Shown here piece by piece: positions 52,301 to 61,300 of a stretch of DNA of 64,000 nucleotides. Each line of letters begins with the position of its first letter. The stretch's first letter is position 1. The position numbers and the translations under genes are program-made. The notes under the pieces are model-generated. The model was given only the letters and a program-made list of their open reading frames with translations. It was not told where the DNA came from and did not search any database. Source of the stretch: Phoronis australis (Eukaryota; Animalia; Phoronida); assembly GCA_002633005.1 (NCBI GenBank), contig NMRA01000106.1, positions 787,655-851,654 on the forward strand, in the 5' to 3' direction.

Positions 52301-55300
52301 AGTGATTGTATTTTTTTGATGTAATTAACTTTAATATTATTTATTGTATTAGAAAGTGTTTTAGATTATATATGATATGCCAGTTTCAGATATAAAATGA
52401 TAATTAATATTTATATTGTTATCATTGTCAGTGCTGTTAGAAGTGTTTTGTTATTTGTACTATTGTTTTACTTCTAAATGTTTATTGTAGGCAACTGCAA
52501 AAGATAGAGGCTGTTCAGATCGCGTTGAACAAACACGACGTTATTCTGAAGGTCCTGCCCCACTTGTCGATGAATGGTGACGAAATTATCCGTGAGGTGC
52601 TGTCTTTCCTGGCTAGTATGCTCTTCGGGGGAAACTATGGTGTTCAGCAGAGTCTCATCAGATATTTCTTTGGTACACGCGAGGAAAAGTTCTTTGTGGC
52701 TGTTAAAAACAGAATGCAGCTGTCGGCCATTGCGACAAAAGAGAAGTGAGTTGATTGAACTGTGAATAAACTTACCCAGATTGTGTTTTATGATTGACAT
52801 ATGTCCCGAATAATAGATAAATGATACGTGCGTCGCAAGCTCGTTACCAGAAATGAAAAGGAGAAAGAGGTAGGCGATATAAGGTCATTTATTATGACTA
52901 TAAGTACAATTACAATAAAGTGAATACAAGTAAATAACGTATAAGGATTTTATAGTACACTGTTAATCTTTAATTTTAGAGTAATTCTTGTGTGATGAAA
53001 ACACAAGGAGCCCACGAGGGTCCACAAAGCTATGTTCTTTGATATTAACGAAGCAGCACATAGGCAATAATAGGTCATATATTCAATTTATAAATAAGAG
53101 AAAGTACTAGTGTAATAGAGAAATATGAAATATACAATAAAATTACAAACGTTATGTAGTCTAGGAAGATTGGCGTTCAAAAGTAACAGGCTAGAAATAA
53201 CATTAAGTATTAAGTACAAACAACAAAATAAGTATAAAAATATACAAAAAGCCAGTAAAATTGTTGATGGAGGCAGTGTTTGATTTCTGTAATAAAAGAT
53301 GCAGCCGTATCAAAATGTGTTGAGGAGTATTGAATTACTACATTACACAGTACATGGCAAATGTATCAGACAAAATAAACCGTAATTCTGTATTGTGATG
53401 GCTTAGTGCAAGCAGAATTTGTCTCTCACAATGGCTGAGTGCACGCAAAATTCACCACCAGTTGAGCTGTAATGACTGGTCGTGACATGTCAAGTTGGGT
53501 CATTATCCGTTATGATTGGAAGTGATATATAGTCTAATTACTTTTGGCGTGTACTGTTTTTACCGCGATGCCTTCGACTCTTGATAGCTGATTGGAAGTA
53601 ATATCTTTCAAAATTATTGTCAGTATTAAATATTCTCTGCACCTCTGTTAGGTCTATAATATGCTTATACTTTGTTCATACAGCTAAATGAATTTATTAT
53701 TTTCTGTGCAGACGTGCGTTGATGGCTCAACATCAGGCCAAGATTGAGGAGGCGCTCGCTCAACATAAAGCTCTTGCAAAGGCCATGCAAGCTGGGAATG
53801 CTGCAGCCGCTGTAAGTAGACATGAAGTGAAGCCACACTTATAGAAATTGAATGACGTTAAAATGCTCCATTACGTGTGTTTCAATGAATACATAATGAT
53901 AGTTGAAAGCTTCGCCCTAATGTGTTGTTGTTTTATCTTAAAATTTGCCACTTTAAATTGAGAATGTAATACACTAAATAAACCAAAAATATGGGATTTT
54001 AGAATGTTAAGATATTTTAGCTCCAGGTGTTTTACTAAATGTTTTAGTCATTAACTCTACCTGTAATGTGTACTTAATTGAGTATTTTTGCATAAAGGTG
54101 TTGGTGTATTTCATTTCATAAAAATTAGGAACTTAATAATTTTCAGTGAATTGTTTGTATTTGATTATTACAATCGATATCTTTCTGCAGGAAATCATGG
54201 CAGCCAATAAACTGGCAGGTCAACTGGGGTCAACCATCATGGACATGAAAAGGTCAAAGTCCAGTCTTGGTGCTGCCCCCAGTAAAAAACCCAAGGTATG
54301 TAAACTTGCAAAGCTTCACGTCACATGCTCAAACCTTGCCTGCTACTTCTGTACACCCAAATTTAGCTGTGATGGTGCTGGCGTGTACAAGCCCTCTTAA
54401 TTGCCAAGCGGTGGTGTCCTCAGTGAGCACGTTTTCACGGGTTGTCTGCAAACTGTTTTGAAGTAGTTTGTAAATGGGTAAGAGATAAAATATAGAATAT
54501 TGTTGATGATAAAATAAGGAAAAAAGATTAATATTTGTTGATGTCTCCCTGAAAGCCTGAAACATCTACAACAACTTCCTTTAAACTCTAAAATCTTGTC
54601 TAGTCTCACTCCCAAACAATTTTAAACCAATCCAAATGGTGAAAAAATACAGATTTGGCAACTTTCAAGTTGCTGTATGTTGCAGACATATTTCTTCATC
54701 AGTGCAGTCTCAGGTTAACTGTATTATACAATAATGTCCGACGATGCTCACGTTATGTAACTCTTGTAAGATTGCAACAGTAGTAATGATAATTAATTCA
54801 TTGTGTGTTTTCAGAAGAACTTGAAGAGCCGATACGGCAGCAATGCACGTCTTGGCAGTCAGAAAAGTCTGAATTCTAGTACAGGAAGTGGTCTATTGAC
54901 TTCCAATGCTCACTTGGGTAGTCGTCTGCTATCCAGTCGGCAGCGGACGAGGGAGAACGGGATCGAGATGTCCATGATGTCATCCAAAAAAGAAGACAAA
55001 CAGCCGCTCTTAACCAATAATAACCGAGTGAGCCCTATTGAGATCAAGGTAGATTCGCCCGAGGTTAGTACAGGTTGTTGGGGAATGCAAAAATGGGACA
55101 AAGATGCAAAGCTTTGCTGCAGTGTTGTAACAGTTCACTATATGTTGTGAGAAAACTGTAAAAACTACACAACCCGAGATACACGGCTTTACTGCAATAA
55201 AAGTTTGTGTTATGGTGTTATATGAACCAGATTCTAGTCGAAATTCAACTTAAAAATAAGCAATGGACGGCGTAAAGTAATAATTTCTTTGGTAAATTCT

Positions 55301-58300
55301 CATTTTTGGACAAAAATTATTGTCTAAATTGCCTGTTTTTGTTTTTTAATGTGGTCTAAAATTGTTGTGAATGCCTGCAGCTTTTTTAGTTCGAAATAGT
55401 TGCTAAATTATAGAACTTGTACCAAGTGAAGCATTAACAGCTTTTAATGACAAAGTGAGAAAGTAAAACTTCCCTTTTCTGCCATATTTTGCTCTGATTT
55501 GTTAAGAGTTTACCAATCTGTTCAATCCAGTTGTCACCATGGACTTCCATTATGTGTTACCTAGTGGATTTTGCATTAATTTAGCGATGGAATAAAAAAG
55601 TATGGTAATGTTTCTGTTCATTTCGTGCAAAGCTTCACAACGAATTTACCCAGATATATTGTCAATTCCATTTCTTGACACTTAAGTCATAGTTTGTTTT
55701 TAAAGTATATTATCGAAATAAATGATTGTAAAAAAATTCCATGGATTTGTGGTGTATGAATTCGTATAATTCTTAGATTTTTAAGGCCTACTACATATGT
55801 ATGGATAATTCTTGACTCAGATTTTTAAGGCTTACTACATATGTATGGATAATTCTTGACTCAGATTCACAGTAAAAAACATGTTCACACCACGTCATTG
55901 CAGTTTTCAAATTTTTACAATGTATGAATAAGAGTTTACCACATTTTGTGGTTAAGTGAAGAATCTCAGGTTGGTGTTTGGTAAGGTATTGTCACGAGGC
56001 TAAATTTATGGTGACAATAAATGAAATAATTCAAAACAATCTAAATTTATTTATTGGTGTTTGCTGAAGTGTTGCTACGAAGTCAAATTCTTGGTGATAA
56101 TAAATGAATAGTTAAAAACAATCTAAATTTATTTGTTGTTGTATGGTGAAGTATTGTGACAATGAATGAAATTCAAGAAAATTCAATGAAATTTTTATTA
56201 TTAGGTTATTGAGGAAGATGATATGGAAGACTTGAAGTCATACCTGCTGGATCAGGAAAATGAAGACAGTGAATATAAAGATGATGGTTATATAGAACTA
56301 GTGTTGAGGGTGCTGGGTCTGATGTGTGATGGACAGAACAAGCAACTGCAGGTGAGTTTAACGCTTAATGATTTCAGGTGTGGGATAAATACTATTCAAG
56401 GTATGCATTGGTAGTATTTTGTGTTAGAATGATGTATTTGTTAAAGATTTCCATTAGTTAGGATTTGGTGGCACAATTTTTGAAGTGCTTTATAAGGTGA
56501 AAATTGATTTGTTTGAAGAGTAATCACATGTCAATATGTAGCCACTGGATCTTTGAAATCGCTCAAAATGAATTTGTAAAACTTAGGAAAAAATTATCAA
56601 TTTTATTGGAGTGAGTCTTTGTAATACCCATAACTAGAATTATATTTCATGAAGATAATTAATTATGATAAATGGTTAATATTGTAAAACAGAGGCATTA
56701 TGAAGGGAGTAACTGAGTAATCCCATCAATCAAAAATTTTCTTTTCAGCCAGTATTGCTGCCAATTATTCTGAATTACTGTTTCTTCCATCTACATTTCT
56801 GTCCATGATCAAACCTTTTGTAACCAGCTGAAAGGAATAGTGACACCTTGTGGCCAACTGCCAATTGAAACCTGTAGTGTTAATGCACTTGAACAGTCAC
56901 TTGCTTTGAGAACGGTCCAAGCCATAATCTGAGTCATGGATGTCTAATTGGTTGATCTTTCAGGACTATCTGCGTGAGCAACCAGATAACATCAAGTCAT
57001 TTAATCTTGTTGCTGAGACGGCGCGCTTCCTTAGTCTGATTTATTCCAACATTAACAAGAACACCGTGGATTTGGTAACACAGATCTTCGACACACTTGT
57101 CGAGTTCACATCTGTAAGTATACTAAGAAATGATTGTTAAATGGCATTGTCTTTTAATGAGTTGTTGTGTGTTTTGTGGAGTGTTCGCATATACTTGTTA
57201 GTGAATCTCCTAGGTCACTGCCCTCTAGGGACTTGGTGATAATTAACTTCGAAGTTAACACAGCCAAATCATAAAGTTTGTGAACTTAATTATGTCTAGA
57301 ATTCTCTAGAAGTTGTTGTTGTCTCTATGGCTCTGAACCAACTGTATCATGTTGTAGCACTTGTTGTACGTATTTGAATGTAAACTGTCTTTCAAAGACT
57401 TTCGTTGTTGTTTGTTAACATGTGGCATAAGAGGCCTGTATGATTTTATCTTTATGTGTTATCTGTTTACTTTGATTAATGACATATTACAGGGTAATCC
57501 CCAAAACCAATCGGTTGTGTTTGACAACAAGGTATGTGATTACATCAACCACATTCTGCGTGGGGGCGCTTTCCAGAGGTGTACACCTGTTGAGGTGAGT
57601 TTAGACATTGAAACATTAAGTATAAATTAACATTAAGTAATTTACAATGCCAGTTCCATGAAATAATCTTTTCAGTTAGATGTTGGAAGCTTTTAACAGG
57701 CATTTCGCAAATATATTATTGTTTACTTTTGCTTGAGTAGAGTTACCATTCACCCACAGATGGCGTCTGTGATCACAGATTATTTTTGCAAAATGGTCCG
57801 ACAGCTGTCTTCCCATCATTTAAAATATCAAATAAATTAATTAACATAGTATGCTGACCACTTTGTGCTGTAAACATTCTTGTATTTACAATGTGTCTAC
57901 AGTGAAGTTGATCACAGAACACATCTGCAATTACTGTGTACTTGTTCTTTCACCTAGATCCTTACACTGAAGTCTTCCATTGTCACTTTGATCAAGTCAA
58001 TGATAGAAGAGAATATCCCTCAAGCAAATAAAAAGACTACGCTGGCTACGGTAAGTTTCATTGTTGCATTATATTATTTGCTGAAAATGTGTCTTGTGCA
58101 ATGGTGATTGGTTTCTATTTTTTTCATTCAATATCATAAATGATTTACACACTCTTAAATTCAGTTGTTGAATACACGAAGGAAATTCTGTTTCATTTGT
58201 TATGTTATTGATTATTTAGAACTTGTTTGAATTCCAGGAAGTTGTGGAGTCCCTGGATGCCTCGAGTCTTCACGAGATCATGATTGAGTGTTTTAGAAGT

Positions 58301-61300
58301 AGTCAGGTGTGTGGCATGTTAATTTTACATCATGAATAAGTGATGAGTCGCTTGATAGCTGCAAGATTTTTTAAGAAATGCTATTATAAAAATAAGAAAT
58401 TGAATAATAAGCTCGAGGGTTGGAAACTTCATCTTTACAACGTTTCACCTTATATTCTTAAGAAAAACGTCATTTGGCAGCGTCATGGGTTTTATGAAGA
58501 CAATAGATCTTTGTCTTTGGTGAATTGCACTTATCTTTCAAAACTTAAGTGAAAGCAATTGATTTAGATCTGGTCTGTATTTGAAATAGCATAGTTTTGT
58601 GATCAAAGATCATATGTTTTTATTTGAAGTACAAATTAAAAATTTGTGGAGTTGTATAATGTTCAAACCCTTGTTAACCAAAGAAGACACTGTCCTGTCA
58701 TGCCGCTGTTGGCTTGTTTTTGATTTAAGGAATTTTATCTCCTAAAAACAAAAATTCAGACCATCTTTCTTACGTTAGCCATTACATCGTTGTTATAGAA
58801 GACCAACGTTATTAAATTAAAACTCTAAATAGTTGTATTTAAAAACTTGCCTGAACATGAATCAAAACTGACAATGGTTGTCAAAAGATGGCGCCGTGTG
58901 GGGCTTTCAAGAAAGATGACCTTATTTTCGTACACGTAAAATGTTTTGGCATAATAAAGAATTTGAAGAATGCACACCTCCCTTAATGGAAATAGTTGTT
59001 CAAAATGATTGAAAAAATTGTCACCGACGCTTGAGTGGGTATTCCCGTGAGATCCAAATAGCATCTATATCATACTTTACAAAGTCATCTCAGTACATAG
59101 AGATGTGTTCAGATGCTGCTCAAGGTTACGTAGTGTATTTAGCAAAATACCTACAGAGCTTTAGGTTTTAATTTACTAATAAAATTTATATATATTTTCT
59201 GATTGTAAAAAGCCTCTAGAATTTGATTCTTGACATTCTACCTTTCACTACCATGTCTTTTTATTAGTAAAATTTTGCAAAAAAGAAAGGTTCATTAATA
59301 GCAAAACAATGTTATCAATAACATCTTGAACAAAATTTATTTGATTTTTTTTAATATTCAAATTCAAATGTCAAAAATGCTGTACAGTTTTCTAAATCAT
59401 TTCATTTTCGTTTCATGCAACTTTTGATTTTTTCATGAAAATCATAATAAAAGTCCTTTTTATAGTTCCTCGTGCAAAAGTGGAACAATTTAAAAACAAT
59501 TTTTGTAGAACAGTGCTTATAGCACAGCATCTGAAACATTCAATCTGCTATTTCTTACACATGATGCTCCAAAGTTATCCAAATTCAGAGATTTTTGTAG
59601 GGTCCAACTTAACCTTTCTTCCAAGATGTGACTGACACTGTAGTGCATTGATTGAGTCTATATCAAAATTTGTTTATTATTGTTATGCAGGAGTATCTCA
59701 CAGATGTAAGATCATCTTGGTGAATTTATCTTCAATTATGTTGTAGTTAGTAGTTGCCGTCTTCTTTATGCTTTGTCACTATTTGGGTGTTTAATCTACT
59801 TGTATTTTTTGCAATGGTAAGCATGCAACAAGAGCTCTGTTTGGGCAAATAGTTTGACAATGCATTTTGACTGTACATTCATTATAGCACAAGCTCTGAT
59901 TGGCCGATGAGCTAGAATCTGTTTTCTGTTTGTGTAAATTTGATTGGTCGTTAATTCTGAGACAGTTTGGATTGATGAGCTCAGTAGTGGACGAGCTTAT
60001 TTCTTAAATATTGCTTGCAAACAGGTTGTCTGTGTACATTAATGGTGGTTAGCCTTGAAGTATGAGCTTAGTGGTTGTTCATTATTTTGACACCCTGGCT
60101 TAATATGTTGTTTAATCTATCCGCTTAACAATTGTGATAGTTGTTTATAGCTGCAGTGAAAGCTACACATGCTAGAAATGTGCTTGATTGGTCTAATTGG
60201 TGCCTTACCCATTCACTTAGATCTTGTGAACGTCTTAACTTGATTAATTTCATGTTTAGATTCTTTTTGCGTCTTTGGTGTAGTTACTTAAGGGTGCAAT
60301 TTGTCTTGTTTAGCTGGGGTAAACACAAATTGATGGAATTAAGGCTTTTAGTCTCAGGGCTTGCAATATTCCTCATCATGATAGACCCCATGTCTGTTAC
60401 TGGCGGTTTGCCAACCTTAAAACTTGAAATTCGAAAATAGTGCATTCAGAAATACCGCATGTACGCATGTGACTTAAGTTGCTTAAGTTGGTAATGGAAA
60501 TTGAATTCTGTCATGGTAAGGAATATTATGAAACTGATTTTATGAGCACAAACGGCATAATTCCTTTTTCATTTTTTAACCTGCTAAACAGGACGAAATG
60601 CAACGTTATTTAATATCTAAGGAAAATTCATAGTTGTTGTAAACAGTAGTTGTTTAGGCTGGTATATTATGTTATTTTCATAAAAAGCTTACTGCGGTAT
60701 TACATATATTGGGTATTGCAGTGCAGACCTATAATCACAATTAATTTTCTGGCCTTGCATCCATTGATTTTGAATTAATTCTTAATTTTTTAAGCACTTA
60801 AAAGTGGTCTTATTTAAGTCAATCTTACTAATTAGAAATTTATTTAATGTGCCCAATTGAATTGCAGTCTCGAACACTTGATGAAGATCTTAAAGAGCTG
60901 ACAACTACTGTTGGCTTCAAGTACTATCATGTCTTGGTACGAATGATTGATCTCTCCGACCAAGTGTCAAAACAAGGTGAGACACCTGCTGAATGAATGT
61001 TGAATTAATTTCTTCCAAGACATTCTCATCTATTGCCTAGAATGTACAGTACAAGGTAGAATGTTTGTAACCTATGCTCAACTTGTATCCAATTCTAACA
61101 TAGATATGTATCTTTTAAAAATGCTGTTTAACATAACTGCAATGAATGTAATTAATTTTATCATAAATTACTTATATTGAAGGTCTGGTCAAGACAGAAT
61201 TTCATCACGATGCCTGGTTATATTATGAGCAGGGTACTTTGTCCATTGAGATACTCAAACATGATGTGCTCAACAAGATCTACTTCAGGGTAAAGGACAA

